DNA of 64,000 nucleotides, from the NCBI RefSeq assembly GCF_016026235.1, contig NZ_CP065613.1, one strand, 5' to 3'. How positions within the stretch are numbered: the first letter of the stretch is position 1; every line of letters starts with the position of its first letter. Of this stretch, positions 11,046 through 26,130 are shown in pieces. The position numbers were made by a program, and so were the translations under genes. The DNA is from Escherichia coli (GTDB lineage: Bacteria > Pseudomonadota > Gammaproteobacteria > Enterobacterales > Enterobacteriaceae). The notes below the pieces were generated by a model, which saw only the letters and a program-made list of their open reading frames with translations, was not told where the DNA came from and did not search any database.

Positions 11046-11693
11046 GTATTGTCGGATGCGTCGCGTGGCGCATCCGACACCATGCGCCGATGCCTGATGC
11101 GACGCAGACGCGTCTTATCATGCCTACAGGCCTGAACCGTAGGTCGGATAAGGCGCTCGCGTCGCATCCGACACCCCGCGCCGATGCCTGATGCGACGCT
11201 GGCGCGTCTTATCATGCCTACAGGTCTGAACCGTAGGTCGGATAAGGCGCTCGCGCCGCATCCGACACCGTGCGCCGATGCCTGATGCGACGCAGACGCG
11301 TCTTATCATGCCTACAGGTCTGAACCGTAGGTCGGATAAGGCGCTCGCGCCGCATCCGACACCATGCGCCGATGCCTGATGCGACGCAGGCGCGTCTTAT
11401 CATGCCTACAGGCCTGAACCGTAGGTCGGATAAGGCGCTCGCGCCGCATCCGACACCGTGTGCCGATGCCTGATGCGACGCTGATGCGTCTTATCATGCC
11501 TACAGGCCTGAACCGTAGGTCGGATAAGGCGCTCGCGCCGCATTCGACACCATGCGCCGATGCCTGATGCGACGCAGGCGCGTCTTATCATGCCTACAGG
11601 CCTGAACCGTAGGTCGGATAAGGCGCTCGCGCCGCATCCGACACCGTGCGCAGTTGCCTGATGCGACGCTTACCGCGTCTTATCATGCCTGCC
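11046..11693. repeat. Tandem BIME/REP array, about 7 copies of a 94-bp unit
   Basis: Unit cgcatccgacacc...gtaggtcggataaggcgctcgcg recurs at 11069, 11163 and then every 94 bp; this produces four spurious 61-aa ORFs. Confidence 0.85.
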
Positions 11694-11844
11694 CACTGTT
11701 TTTACACCGATAATTTTTCCCCCACCTTTTTGCACTCATTCATATAAAAAATATATTTCCCCACGAAAACGATTGCTTTTTATCTTCAGATGAATAGAAT
11801 GCGGCGGATTTTTTGGGTTTCAAACAGCAAAAAGGGGGAATTTC

Positions 11845-13104
11845 GTGTCGCAAGATAACAACTTTAGCCAGGGGCCAGTCCCGCAGTCGGCGCGGAAAGG
11901 GGTATTGGCATTGACGTTCGTCATGCTGGGATTAACCTTCTTTTCCGCCAGTATGTGGACCGGCGGCACTCTCGGAACCGGTCTTAGCTATCATGATTTC
12001 TTCCTCGCAGTTCTCATCGGTAATCTTCTCCTCGGTATTTACACTTCATTTCTCGGTTACATTGGCGCAAAAACCGGCCTGACCACTCATCTTCTTGCTC
12101 GCTTCTCGTTTGGTGTTAAAGGCTCATGGCTGCCTTCACTGCTACTGGGCGGAACTCAGGTTGGCTGGTTTGGCGTCGGTGTGGCGATGTTTGCCATTCC
12201 GGTGGGTAAGGCAACCGGGCTGGATATTAATTTGCTGATTGCCGTTTCCGGTTTACTGATGACCGTCACCGTCTTTTTTGGCATTTCGGCGCTGACGGTT
12301 CTTTCGGTGATTGCGGTTCCGGCTATCGCCTGCCTGGGCGGTTATTCCGTGTGGCTGGCTGTTAACGGCATGGGCGGCCTGGACGCATTAAAAGCGGTCG
12401 TTCCCGCACAACCGTTAGATTTCAATGTCGCGCTGGCGCTGGTTGTGGGGTCATTTATCAGTGCGGGTACGCTCACCGCTGACTTTGTCCGGTTTGGTCG
12501 CAATGCCAAACTGGCGGTGCTGGTGGCGATGGTGGCCTTTTTCCTCGGCAACTCGTTGATGTTTATTTTCGGTGCAGCGGGCGCTGCGGCACTGGGCATG
12601 GCGGATATCTCTGATGTGATGATTGCTCAGGGCCTGCTGCTGCCTGCGATTGTGGTGCTGGGGCTGAATATCTGGACCACCAACGATAACGCACTCTATG
12701 CGTCGGGTTTAGGTTTCGCCAACATTACCGGTATGTCGAGCAAAACCCTTTCGGTGATTAACGGTATTATCGGTACGGTCTGCGCATTATGGCTGTATAA
12801 CAATTTTGTCGGCTGGTTGACCTTCCTTTCGGCAGCTATTCCTCCGGTAGGTGGCGTGATCATTGCCGACTATCTGATGAACCGTCGCCGCTATGAGCAC
12901 TTTGCGACCACGCGTATGATGAGTGTCAATTGGGTGGCGATTCTGGCGGTCGCGCTGGGGATTGCCGCAGGCCACTGGTTACCGGGAATTGTTCCGGTCA
13001 ACGCGGTATTAGGTGGCGCGCTGAGCTATCTGATCCTTAACCCGATTTTGAATCGTAAAACGACAGCAGCAATGACGCATGTGGAGGTTAACAGTGTCGA
13101 ATAA
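11845..13104 (+). CDS. codB: Cytosine permease (NCS1 family), 419 aa, GTG start
   Basis: 12-TM transporter, 419 aa, immediately upstream of and overlapping codA. Confidence 0.9.
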   Translation: MSQDNNFSQGPVPQSARKGVLALTFVMLGLTFFSASMWTGGTLGTGLSYHDFFLAVLIGNLLLGIYTSFLGYIGAKTGLTTHLLARFSFGVKGSWLPSLLLGGTQVGWFGVGVAMFAIPVGKATGLDINLLIAVSGLLMTVTVFFGISALTVLSVIAVPAIACLGGYSVWLAVNGMGGLDALKAVVPAQPLDFNVALALVVGSFISAGTLTADFVRFGRNAKLAVLVAMVAFFLGNSLMFIFGAAGAAALGMADISDVMIAQGLLLPAIVVLGLNIWTTNDNALYASGLGFANITGMSSKTLSVINGIIGTVCALWLYNNFVGWLTFLSAAIPPVGGVIIADYLMNRRRYEHFATTRMMSVNWVAILAVALGIAAGHWLPGIVPVNAVLGGALSYLILNPILNRKTTAAMTHVEVNSVE

Positions 13105-14377
13105 CGCTTTACAAACAATTATTAACGCCCGGTTACCAGGCAAAGAGGGGCTGTGGCAGATTCATCTGCAGGACGGAAAAATCAGCGCCATTGATGCGCA
13201 ATCCGGCGTGATGCCCATAACTGAAAACAGCCTGGATGCCGAACAAGGTTTAGTTATACCGCCGTTTGTGGAGCCGCATATTCACCTGGACACCACGCAA
13301 ACCGCCGGACAACCGAACTGGAATCAGTCCGGCACGCTGTTTGAAGGCATTGAACGCTGGGCCGAGCGCAAAGCGTTATTAACCCATGACGATGTGAAAC
13401 AACGCGCCTGGCAAACGCTGAAATGGCAGATTGCCAACGGCATTCAGCATGTGCGTACCCATGTCGATGTTTCGGATGCAACGCTAACTGCGCTGAAAGC
13501 AATGCTGGAAGTGAAGCAGGAAGTCGCGCCGTGGATTGATCTGCAAATTGTCGCCTTCCCTCAGGAAGGGATTTTGTCGTATCCCAACGGTGAAGCGTTG
13601 CTGGAAGAGGCGTTACGCTTAGGGGCAGATGTAGTGGGGGCGATTCCGCATTTTGAATTTACCCGTGAATACGGCGTGGAGTCGCTGCATAAAACCTTCG
13701 CCCTGGCGCAAAAATACGACCGTCTCATCGACGTTCACTGTGATGAGAGCGATGACGAGCAGTCGCGCTTTGTCGAAACCGTTGCTGCCCTGGCGCACCG
13801 TGAAGGCATGGGCGCGCGAGTCACCGCCAGCCACACCACGGCAATGCACTCCTATAACGGGGCGTATACCTCACGCCTGTTCCGCTTGCTGAAAATGTCC
13901 GGTATTAACTTTGTCGCCAACCCGCTGGTCAATATTCATCTGCAAGGACGTTTCGATACGTATCCAAAACGTCGCGGCATCACGCGCGTTAAAGAGATGC
14001 TGGAGTCCGGCATTAACGTCTGCTTTGGTCACGATGATGTCTTCGATCCGTGGTATCCGCTGGGAGCGGCGAATATGCTGCAAGTGCTGCATATGGGGCT
14101 GCATGTTTGCCAGTTGATGGGCTACGGGCAGATTAACGATGGCCTGAATTTAATCACCCACCACAGCGCAAGGACGTTGAATTTGCAGGATTACGGCATT
14201 GCCGCCGGAAACAGCGCCAACCTGATTATCCTGCCGGCTGAAAATGGGTTTGATGCGCTGCGCCGTCAGGTTCCGGTACGTTATTCGGTACGTGGCGGCA
14301 AGGTGATTGCCAGCACACAACCAGCACAAACCACCGTATATCTGGAGCAGCCAGAAGCCATCGATTACAAACGGTGA
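13094..14377 (+). CDS. codA: Cytosine deaminase (amidohydrolase superfamily), 427 aa, GTG start
   Basis: Metal-binding HIHLD motif; start placed at VSNNALQ, overlapping the codB end by 11 nt. Confidence 0.9.
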   Translation: MSNNALQTIINARLPGKEGLWQIHLQDGKISAIDAQSGVMPITENSLDAEQGLVIPPFVEPHIHLDTTQTAGQPNWNQSGTLFEGIERWAERKALLTHDDVKQRAWQTLKWQIANGIQHVRTHVDVSDATLTALKAMLEVKQEVAPWIDLQIVAFPQEGILSYPNGEALLEEALRLGADVVGAIPHFEFTREYGVESLHKTFALAQKYDRLIDVHCDESDDEQSRFVETVAALAHREGMGARVTASHTTAMHSYNGAYTSRLFRLLKMSGINFVANPLVNIHLQGRFDTYPKRRGITRVKEMLESGINVCFGHDDVFDPWYPLGAANMLQVLHMGLHVCQLMGYGQINDGLNLITHHSARTLNLQDYGIAAGNSANLIILPAENGFDALRRQVPVRYSVRGGKVIASTQPAQTTVYLEQPEAIDYKR

Positions 14378-14420
14378 TCGGCTGGGCTGTGTGTTGACAA
14401 AGCGAGCGTAGTTTATGCCG

Positions 14421-14496
14421 GATGCGGCGTGAACGCCTTATCCGGCCTACGTAGAGCACTGAACTCGTAGGCCTGATAAGCGTAGCGCATCAGGCA
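14421..14496. repeat. REP pair (BIME) downstream of codA
   Basis: gccggatgcggcgtgaacgccttatccggcctacg and its inverted partner. Confidence 0.7.
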
Positions 14497-14509
14497 ATTG
14501 TGTCAGTGG

Positions 14510-15409
14510 TTACCGCGATTCATTTCCGCCAACAACCGCGCATTTATCCAACGCCATGTGCAAAAATGCCTTCGCAGCGGCAGTCTGCCAGCTATTTTTC
14601 CGCCGCAACAAAACCGCCGTTCTCTCCAGTAGTGGCGGGGCAAGAGAAATAGCTTTAAGCCCGTCATGTTGTGTGGCAATCGCTGCTGGTAACAATGTGG
14701 AAAGGGAAGTGCGGCGAATCAGCTCCAGAACCGCGCTAATTGAGTTCGCCTCAATGACCACCTGTGGATGCAGCCCCGCTTTCTCGCAGTAGTGGTCAAT
14801 TTGCTCTCTGGTGGCAAATTCCGCGCTGAGCAGGACCAGTTTTTCATCATGCAAGCGACTCAACGCCACCTGTTCATGGGCGGCCAGCGGATGATGTTGC
14901 GCCACGACTAACGCTAAACTTTCTGTCAGTAAAGGAATTGCCTCCAGCTCCGGCGAATGCACAGGCGCGAAGGCAATCCCAACATCCAGCTCGTCGCGAC
15001 AAAGCATATCTTCGATTTTCTCCTGCGACATTTCCTGTAGCTGGAGCGTGATGCCGGGGTAGCGCGCATAGAAATCCGCCATTAAAGGGCCGATAAAGTA
15101 GCTTGTAAAGGTGGGGGTGACGGCGATACGCAGCGATCCTCGCGTCAGATCGGCAACATCATGAATCGCCCGTTTACCCGCTCCCAGTTCCTGTAACGCC
15201 CGGCTTGCGTACTGTCGCCAGACTTCTCCTGCATCGGTGAGACGAATCGTTCGCCCGCTACGGTCAAACAGCGGCACGCCTAAACTCTCCTCTAACTGGC
15301 GAATCTGCTGGGAAAGCGCAGGCTGAGAGACGTGCAACGCACTGGCGGCACGGGTGAAGCTGCCATGTTCAGCCACGGCAAGAAAATAATTGATATGTCG
15401 AGAGAGCAT
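14510..15409 (-). CDS. cynR: LysR-family regulator of the cyn operon (299 aa)
   Basis: LysR HTH ([23 protein letters not shown]); divergent from cynT. Confidence 0.9.
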   Translation of the reverse strand: MLSRHINYFLAVAEHGSFTRAASALHVSQPALSQQIRQLEESLGVPLFDRSGRTIRLTDAGEVWRQYASRALQELGAGKRAIHDVADLTRGSLRIAVTPTFTSYFIGPLMADFYARYPGITLQLQEMSQEKIEDMLCRDELDVGIAFAPVHSPELEAIPLLTESLALVVAQHHPLAAHEQVALSRLHDEKLVLLSAEFATREQIDHYCEKAGLHPQVVIEANSISAVLELIRRTSLSTLLPAAIATQHDGLKAISLAPPLLERTAVLLRRKNSWQTAAAKAFLHMALDKCAVVGGNESR

Positions 15410-15518
15410 TCGCCAACCTATAAGTAAATCCAATAGAACTAATCATAAATGAGACTTTTACCTTATGACAATCGGCGAGTAGTCTGCCTCTCATTCCAGA
15501 GACAGACAGAGGTTAACG

Positions 15519-16178
15519 GTGAAAGAGATTATTGATGGATTCCTTAAATTCCAGCGCGAGGCATTTCCGAAGCGGGAAGCCTTGTTTAAACAGCTGGCGA
15601 CACAGCAAAGCCCGCGCACACTTTTTATCTCCTGCTCCGACAGCCGTCTGGTCCCTGAGCTGGTGACGCAACGTGAGCCTGGCGATCTGTTCGTTATTCG
15701 CAACGCGGGCAATATCGTCCCTTCCTACGGGCCGGAACCCGGTGGCGTTTCTGCTTCGGTGGAGTATGCCGTCGCTGCGCTTCGGGTATCTGACATTGTG
15801 ATTTGTGGTCATTCCAACTGTGGCGCGATGACCGCCATTGCCAGCTGTCAGTGCATGGACCATATGCCTGCCGTCTCCCACTGGCTGCGTTATGCCGATT
15901 CAGCCCGCGTCGTTAATGAGGCGCGCCCGCATTCCGATTTACCGTCAAAAGCTGCGGCGATGGTACGTGAAAACGTCATTGCTCAGTTGGCTAATTTGCA
16001 AACTCATCCATCGGTGCGCCTGGCGCTCGAAGAGGGGCGGATCGCCCTGCACGGCTGGGTCTACGACATTGAAAGCGGCAGCATCGCAGCTTTTGACGGC
16101 GCAACCCGCCAGTTTGAGCCACTGGCCGCTAATCCTCGCGTTTGTGCCATACCGCTACGCCAACCTACCGCAGCGTAA
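15519..16178 (+). CDS. cynT: Beta-class carbonic anhydrase (219 aa)
   Basis: CSDSR and HSNCG zinc-ligand motifs. Confidence 0.93.
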   Translation: MKEIIDGFLKFQREAFPKREALFKQLATQQSPRTLFISCSDSRLVPELVTQREPGDLFVIRNAGNIVPSYGPEPGGVSASVEYAVAALRVSDIVICGHSNCGAMTAIASCQCMDHMPAVSHWLRYADSARVVNEARPHSDLPSKAAAMVRENVIAQLANLQTHPSVRLALEEGRIALHGWVYDIESGSIAAFDGATRQFEPLAANPRVCAIPLRQPTAA

Positions 16179-16190
16179 CCTTATTTTTAA

Positions 16191-16679
<489 letters not shown>

Positions 16680-16711
16680 CAGCCATGCGCAATCATCAAA
16701 AGACGTTCACG

Positions 16712-17866
16712 ATGCTGCTGGTTCTGGTGCTGATTGGTCTTAATATGCGACCACTGCTCACCTCCGTCGGGCCACTGCTACCGCAATTGCGCCAGGCGAG
16801 CGGAATGAGCTTTAGCGTGGCTGCCCTGTTGACCGCTCTTCCGGTGGTCACCATGGGCGGGCTGGCGCTGGCCGGAAGCTGGCTTCATCAGCATGTCAGC
16901 GAACGTCGCAGTGTCGCCATCAGTCTGTTGCTGATTGCCGTCGGTGCATTGATGCGTGAGCTTTACCCCCAAAGTGCGCTGCTGCTTAGCAGCGCACTGC
17001 TTGGTGGGGTGGGGATCGGCATCATTCAGGCGGTGATGCCTTCGGTGATTAAACGGCGGTTTCAGCAGCGCACGCCACTGGTGATGGGGCTGTGGTCCGC
17101 GGCTCTGATGGGCGGCGGTGGACTTGGTGCCGCCATAACGCCCTGGTTAGTTCAACATAGCGAAACCTGGTATCAAACACTCGCCTGGTGGGCGCTGCCT
17201 GCCGTTGTTGCGCTCTTTGCCTGGTGGTGGCAAAGCACCCGCGAGGTCGCCTCTTCCCACAAGACAACAACCACTCCGGTTCGCGTGGTTTTCACTCCTC
17301 GCGCGTGGACGCTGGGTGTTTACTTTGGTCTGATTAACGGTGGTTACGCCAGCCTGATTGCCTGGTTACCCGCCTTCTATATTGAGATTGGTGCCAGCGC
17401 GCAGTACAGCGGTTCCTTGCTGGCATTGATGACGCTTGGGCAAGCCGCAGGAGCTTTGCTGATGCCTGCTATGGCTCGCCATCAGGATCGGCGCAAACTG
17501 TTAATGCTGGCGCTGGTGTTACAACTGGTGGGGTTCTGCGGCTTTATCTGGCTGCCGATGCAATTGCCGGTATTGTGGGCGATGGTGTGTGGATTAGGTC
17601 TGGGCGGCGCGTTTCCGCTCTGTTTGCTGCTGGCGCTCGATCACTCTGCGCAACCGGCTATTGCTGGCAAGCTGGTGGCGTTTATGCAGGGGATCGGTTT
17701 TATCATCGCCGGGCTTGCCCCGTGGTTTTCTGGCGTGCTGCGTAGTATCAGCGGCAATTACCTGATGGACTGGGCGTTTCATGCGCTGTGCGTCGTTGGG
17801 CTGATGATCATAACCCTGCGTTTTGCACCAGCACGTTTTCCGCAGCTGTGGGTCAAAGAGGCATGA
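16712..17866 (+). CDS. cynX: MFS cyanate transporter (384 aa)
   Basis: 12-TM MFS protein; start taken at MLLVLVLIG, 9 codons inside the ORF-track start. Confidence 0.85.
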   Translation: MLLVLVLIGLNMRPLLTSVGPLLPQLRQASGMSFSVAALLTALPVVTMGGLALAGSWLHQHVSERRSVAISLLLIAVGALMRELYPQSALLLSSALLGGVGIGIIQAVMPSVIKRRFQQRTPLVMGLWSAALMGGGGLGAAITPWLVQHSETWYQTLAWWALPAVVALFAWWWQSTREVASSHKTTTTPVRVVFTPRAWTLGVYFGLINGGYASLIAWLPAFYIEIGASAQYSGSLLALMTLGQAAGALLMPAMARHQDRRKLLMLALVLQLVGFCGFIWLPMQLPVLWAMVCGLGLGGAFPLCLLLALDHSAQPAIAGKLVAFMQGIGFIIAGLAPWFSGVLRSISGNYLMDWAFHALCVVGLMIITLRFAPARFPQLWVKEA

Positions 17867-17897
17867 TGCGACGCTTGTTCCTGCGCTTTGTTCATGC

Positions 17898-17962
17898 CGG
17901 ATGCGGCTAATGTAGATCGCTGAACTTGTAGGCCTGATAAGCGCAGCGTATCAGGCAATTTT
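17898..17962. repeat. REP element between cynX and lacA
   Basis: gccggatgcggc...gtaggcctgataagcgcagcgtatcaggc. Confidence 0.65.
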
Positions 17963-17968
17963 TATAAT

Positions 17969-18580
17969 TTAAACTGACGATTCAACTTTATAATCTTTGA
18001 AATAATATTGCTTATCCCGGTCGTTTATTTCGCGAATAACCCGACAAGGAACGCCAGCCGCCACGACGTTTGGTGGAATGTCTTTTGTGACGATACTACC
18101 CGCGCCAATAACAGAATTATCCCCGATGGTGACGCCTGGATTAATAACCACATGACTTCCGATCCAGACGTTATTGCCAATCGTTATCGGAAAAGAGTAC
18201 ATCTCGCCGTTTTTTCTCAATTCATGGTGTACAGGGTGTCCCGTAACAGAAAGAGTAACGTTGGGTGCAATCAGTACGTTATCACCGATTGTTACCGTGT
18301 AGTCATCGACAATGGTTAAATTGAAATTTGCATAAAAATTGCGGCCTATATGGATGTTGGAACCGTAAGAGAAATAGACAGGTGGTTCTATCCAGGCGTT
18401 TTCCCCTACCGTGGCAAACATTTCTTTAAGCAGGCTTTCCCTTTTTTCAACTTCTGATGGATGCGAGTGATTAAACTCATACATTAACGTTTTCCCACGA
18501 AGTCTTTTTTCAGGTAAGCCTTCGCACATATCGGTAAATAGCTTGCCTGCTTTTATTCTTTCTGTCATCGACATGTTCAT
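17969..18580 (-). CDS. lacA: Galactoside O-acetyltransferase (hexapeptide-repeat family), 203 aa
   Basis: Left-handed beta-helix hexapeptide repeats; start at MNMSMTERIK (the ORF track extends upstream into a REP). Confidence 0.9.
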   Translation of the reverse strand: MNMSMTERIKAGKLFTDMCEGLPEKRLRGKTLMYEFNHSHPSEVEKRESLLKEMFATVGENAWIEPPVYFSYGSNIHIGRNFYANFNLTIVDDYTVTIGDNVLIAPNVTLSVTGHPVHHELRKNGEMYSFPITIGNNVWIGSHVVINPGVTIGDNSVIGAGSIVTKDIPPNVVAAGVPCRVIREINDRDKQYYFKDYKVESSV

Positions 18581-18584
18581 TGCG

Positions 18585-18640
18585 ATCATTCCGTCCTGAT
18601 ATGTTGGTCGGATAAGGCGCTCGCGCCGCATCCGACATTG
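18585..18640. repeat. REP element in the lacY-lacA spacer
   Basis: gtcggataaggcgctcgcgccgcatccgac. Confidence 0.6.
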
Positions 18641-18645
18641 ATTGC

Positions 18646-19944
<1,299 letters not shown>

Positions 19945-19950
19945 TTATTA

Positions 19951-23063
<3,113 letters not shown>

Positions 23064-23069
23064 TCACAC

Positions 23070-23099
23070 AACATACGAGCCGGACGCATAAAGTGTAAA
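23070..23099 (-). promoter_or_regulatory. lac promoter: -10 TATGTT, 18-bp spacer, -35 TTTACA
   Basis: Reverse complements read at 23070-23075 and 23094-23099. Confidence 0.9.
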
Positions 23100-23112
23100 G
23101 CCTGGGGTGCCT

Positions 23113-23134
23113 AATGAGTGAGCTGACTCACATT
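23113..23134 (-). promoter_or_regulatory. CRP (CAP) binding site of the lac promoter
   Basis: TGTGA-N6-TCACT palindrome: AATGTGAGTCAGCTCACTCATT. Confidence 0.9.
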
Positions 23135-23147
23135 AATTGCGTTGCGC

Positions 23148-24230
23148 TCACTGCCCGCTTTCCAGTCGGGAAACTTGTCGTGCCAGCTGCATTAATGAAT
23201 CGGCCAACGCGCGGGGAGAGGCGGTTTGCGTCTTGGGCGCCAGGGTGGTTTTTCTTTTCACCAGAGAGACGGGCAAAAGCTGATTGCCCTTCACCGCCTG
23301 GCCCTGAGAGAGTTGCAGCAAGCGGTCCACGCTGGTTTGCCCCAGCAGGCGAAAATCCTGTTTGATGGTGGTTAACGGCGGGATATAACACGAGCTGTCT
23401 TCGGTATCGTCGTATCCCACTATCGAGATATCCGCACCAACGCGCAACCCGGACTCGGTAATGGCGCGCATTGCGCCCAGCGCCATCTGATCGTTGGCAA
23501 CCAGCATCGCAGTGGGAACGATGCCCTCATTTAGCATTTGCATGGTTTGTTGAAAACCGGACATGGCACTCCAGTCGCCCTCCCGTTCCGCTATCGGCTG
23601 AATTTGATTGCGAGTGAGATATTTATGCCAGCCCGCCAGACGCAGACGCGCCGAGACAGAACTTAATGGGCCCGCTAACAGCGCGATTTGCTGGTGACCC
23701 AATGCGACCAGATGCTCCACGCCCAGTCGCGTACCGTCTTCATGGGAGAAAATAATACTGTTGATGGGAGTCTGGTCAGAGACATCAAGAAATAACGCCG
23801 GAACATTAGCGCAGGCTGCTTCCACAGCAATGGCATCCTGGTCATCCAGCGGATAGTTAATGATCAGTCCACTGACGCGTTGCGCGAGAAGATTGTGCAC
23901 CGCCGCTTTACAGGCTTCGACGCCGCTTCGTTCTACCATCGACACCACCACGCTGGCACCCAGTTGATCGGCGCGAGATTTAATCGCCGCGACAATTTGC
24001 GACGGCGCGTGCAGGGCCAGACTGGAGGTGGCAACGCCAATCAGCAACGACTGTTTGCCCGCCAGTTGTTGTGCCACGCGGTTGGGAATGTAATTCAGCT
24101 CCGCCATTGCCGCTTCCACTTTTTCCCGCGTTTTCGCAGAAACGTGGCTGGCCTGGTTCACCACGCGGGAAACGGTCTGATAAGAGACACCGGCATACTC
24201 TGCGACATCGTATAGCGTTACTGGTTTCAC
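23148..24230 (-). CDS. lacI: Lactose repressor (LacI/GalR family), 360 aa, GTG start
   Basis: VKPVTLYDVAEYAGVSYQTVSRVVNQ HTH; ends ...RLESGQ immediately before the CAP site. Confidence 0.96.
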   Translation of the reverse strand: MKPVTLYDVAEYAGVSYQTVSRVVNQASHVSAKTREKVEAAMAELNYIPNRVAQQLAGKQSLLIGVATSSLALHAPSQIVAAIKSRADQLGASVVVSMVERSGVEACKAAVHNLLAQRVSGLIINYPLDDQDAIAVEAACANVPALFLDVSDQTPINSIIFSHEDGTRLGVEHLVALGHQQIALLAGPLSSVSARLRLAGWHKYLTRNQIQPIAEREGDWSAMSGFQQTMQMLNEGIVPTAMLVANDQMALGAMRAITESGLRVGADISIVGYDDTEDSSCYIPPLTTIKQDFRLLGQTSVDRLLQLSQGQAVKGNQLLPVSLVKRKTTLAPKTQTASPRALADSLMQLARQVSRLESGQ

Positions 24231-24265
24231 ATTCACCACCCTGAATTGACTCTCTTCCGAGCGCT

Positions 24266-24294
24266 ATCATGCCATACCGCGAAAGGTTTTGCGC
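24266..24294 (-). promoter_or_regulatory. lacI promoter (-35 GCGCAA, 17-bp spacer, -10 CATGAT), wild-type, not the Iq allele
   Basis: Reverse complement reads gcgcaaaacctttcgcggtatggcatgat; overlaps the stop codon of the upstream AraC-type gene. Confidence 0.8.
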
Positions 24295-25220
24295 CATTCG
24301 GCGGGGCTGACGCCGAAGTGAGATTTAAAATGCTGACGCCAGGTCACAGGTGAGAGAAAACCCACCTCAGCCGCTATCCGCTCAACGGGCAACTGACTGG
24401 ATCCCAACAGTTCCTGGCTACGGCGTAAGCGTTCAGTAATGAGCCATTCGGCGATACTCGAACCGGTCGCTTTCATAAAATGGCGAGTTAATGTGCGGCG
24501 ACTCATCATTACTCGCTGCGCCAGCGAGTCGAGATCATGCTGTTGCGCAATGTTTTGCCGCAGGTAATCCAGCAGGAGGTTTATGCGTTCATCATGGGTA
24601 TTTTTCGGCACCGGTTGCTCAATAAACTGCGCCTGACCGCCAGTGCGATATGGCGGTACGACCATCCGTCGGGCAATATGGTTAGCATAGTCGCTGCCAA
24701 AATGTTGCCGAACAATATACAAACAGCAATCCAGCGCCGCGGCAGTACCGGCAGAGGTAATAATGCCGTCATCGTCTACGTACAACGCGTTAATATCCAG
24801 ATGTGTTTGTGGAAAACGTGCCTGAAATTCACGCTCGAACTCCCAGTGTGTGGCGGCACGCTTATTTTTCAGTAAACCTGCATAGCCGAGCACAAACGTG
24901 CCCAGGCAAAGCCCGACAATCTGTGCGCCGTTATCCCGTGCGGTCGTTAAGGCTTCCAGCAGTTTTTGTGGCGGTTTTTGTGTAATGGTTCCCCAGTAAG
25001 GAATTATCACAATATCTGCCTGGATGACTGCGGTATAGTCATGGGGGGCGGTTACGGAAAACCCATCGGCAGAGTCCACGTTTCCCGGCTTTTCAGCGCA
25101 GATAATTACGTGAAAGTGTTTTTTCTCCGCCATTTTTTCGCTAAATACGATAAACGGTACGGAAAGGTGAAAAGGACTAAAACCGGCAACGGCGATAATG
25201 GCAACAGTTAGCGGGCGCAT
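24267..25220 (-). CDS. AraC-family transcriptional regulator with N-terminal DJ-1/PfpI (GlxA-like) domain, 317 aa
   Basis: C-terminal AraC HTH (RRTLTRHFMKATGSSIAEWLITERLRRSQELL ... WRQHFKSHFGVSPAEWRK); N-terminal class-I glutamine-amidotransferase-like fold. Confidence 0.75.
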   Translation of the reverse strand: MRPLTVAIIAVAGFSPFHLSVPFIVFSEKMAEKKHFHVIICAEKPGNVDSADGFSVTAPHDYTAVIQADIVIIPYWGTITQKPPQKLLEALTTARDNGAQIVGLCLGTFVLGYAGLLKNKRAATHWEFEREFQARFPQTHLDINALYVDDDGIITSAGTAAALDCCLYIVRQHFGSDYANHIARRMVVPPYRTGGQAQFIEQPVPKNTHDERINLLLDYLRQNIAQQHDLDSLAQRVMMSRRTLTRHFMKATGSSIAEWLITERLRRSQELLGSSQLPVERIAAEVGFLSPVTWRQHFKSHFGVSPAEWRKTFRGMA

Positions 25221-25239
25221 AACACTCTTTATCTCCGAA

Positions 25240-26028
25240 TTAGAATGTCAACGTTTCACCATCTTCTGGTACGTTCACAAATTCGATAATTTGATTATCT
25301 CTGGCGTATTCCTTGAGCGCATCACGCGTCAGCAAACAGTGGTTTACGGCCTCCATATGTGTCGCGACAATTTGCGCTTCTGGCAGGGTAAAATGTGTTT
25401 TGAGAATATCTTCTGCTCCCATAATTATCGCGCCATGCCCCAGAACATGCGCAAATCCGGCATTCAACACAACCACTTCTGGTTGGAAAGTTAGCATTGT
25501 AACCTCGACGTCGTCACGCCAGAGGGTATCGCCAGCCAGATAGAGCGTTTTCTCTGTCGGGTGCTGGAAAACAACGCCGCAGGCTGCGCCTAAACGCTTC
25601 GCCATAGCCGGGTCGGCATAGGTGCGATCGGAGCCGTGCTGCCCTGTCGTTTTATGCAGAGTAATATCGCCAAATTTAGTCTCGTCGGTAAGTACGGTAA
25701 GATGCGTAAATCCTTGTTTATTCAGTGATTCAGCATCTTGCTCATTTTGCACATAAATCAGTTTATCTTTAGGGACGACGCGGGAGGCTGTTTCGTCCCA
25801 GTGATCTTCATGCAAATGGGTCACGATTAGGGCGTCAACGTTGAGTAACGTTGTTAAATCGCACGGTAATTCTACCGTTGGATTGCGGATTTCTGCGCGT
25901 GCCGTTCCGGCAAAACCCGGATAACTTCCTTTAGGCGCGAGTAACGGGTCGATAAGAAATGTTTTGCCAGCGTATTGGATAATTTGGGTGGCATTACGAA
26001 TTTGCGTAATTTTCATGATTTGCTCCAC
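25240..26028 (-). CDS. MBL-fold (metallo-beta-lactamase superfamily) Zn-dependent hydrolase, 262 aa, substrate unknown
   Basis: HxHxDH motif (VTHLHEDHWDE) plus downstream His/Asp ligands; lies 19 bp upstream of the AraC-type gene on the same strand. Confidence 0.75.
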   Translation of the reverse strand: MEQIMKITQIRNATQIIQYAGKTFLIDPLLAPKGSYPGFAGTARAEIRNPTVELPCDLTTLLNVDALIVTHLHEDHWDETASRVVPKDKLIYVQNEQDAESLNKQGFTHLTVLTDETKFGDITLHKTTGQHGSDRTYADPAMAKRLGAACGVVFQHPTEKTLYLAGDTLWRDDVEVTMLTFQPEVVVLNAGFAHVLGHGAIIMGAEDILKTHFTLPEAQIVATHMEAVNHCLLTRDALKEYARDNQIIEFVNVPEDGETLTF

Positions 26029-26130
26029 ATCACAGTATTGATGTCATTAGCGTAGCGTGCAGCCCGTGCTGTGCATGTGGGCAAATGGGCGAATAACGAT
26101 GAGAATGGGCCAAATTACACATTGGCGTAA

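Noticed and set aside
10190-11215. 341-aa ORF on the minus strand
   Set aside because: Antisense to prpE and running into the REP array; Arg-rich composition typical of reverse-frame artefacts in GC-rich coding DNA.
11124-11591. Four phased 61-aa ORFs with near-identical sequence ([24 protein letters not shown])
   Set aside because: They are translations of the tandem REP units, not genes.
11046-11693. Possible CRISPR array (regular repeats)
   Set aside because: The whole 94-bp unit repeats with no unique spacers; the units are REP palindromes and no cas genes are nearby.
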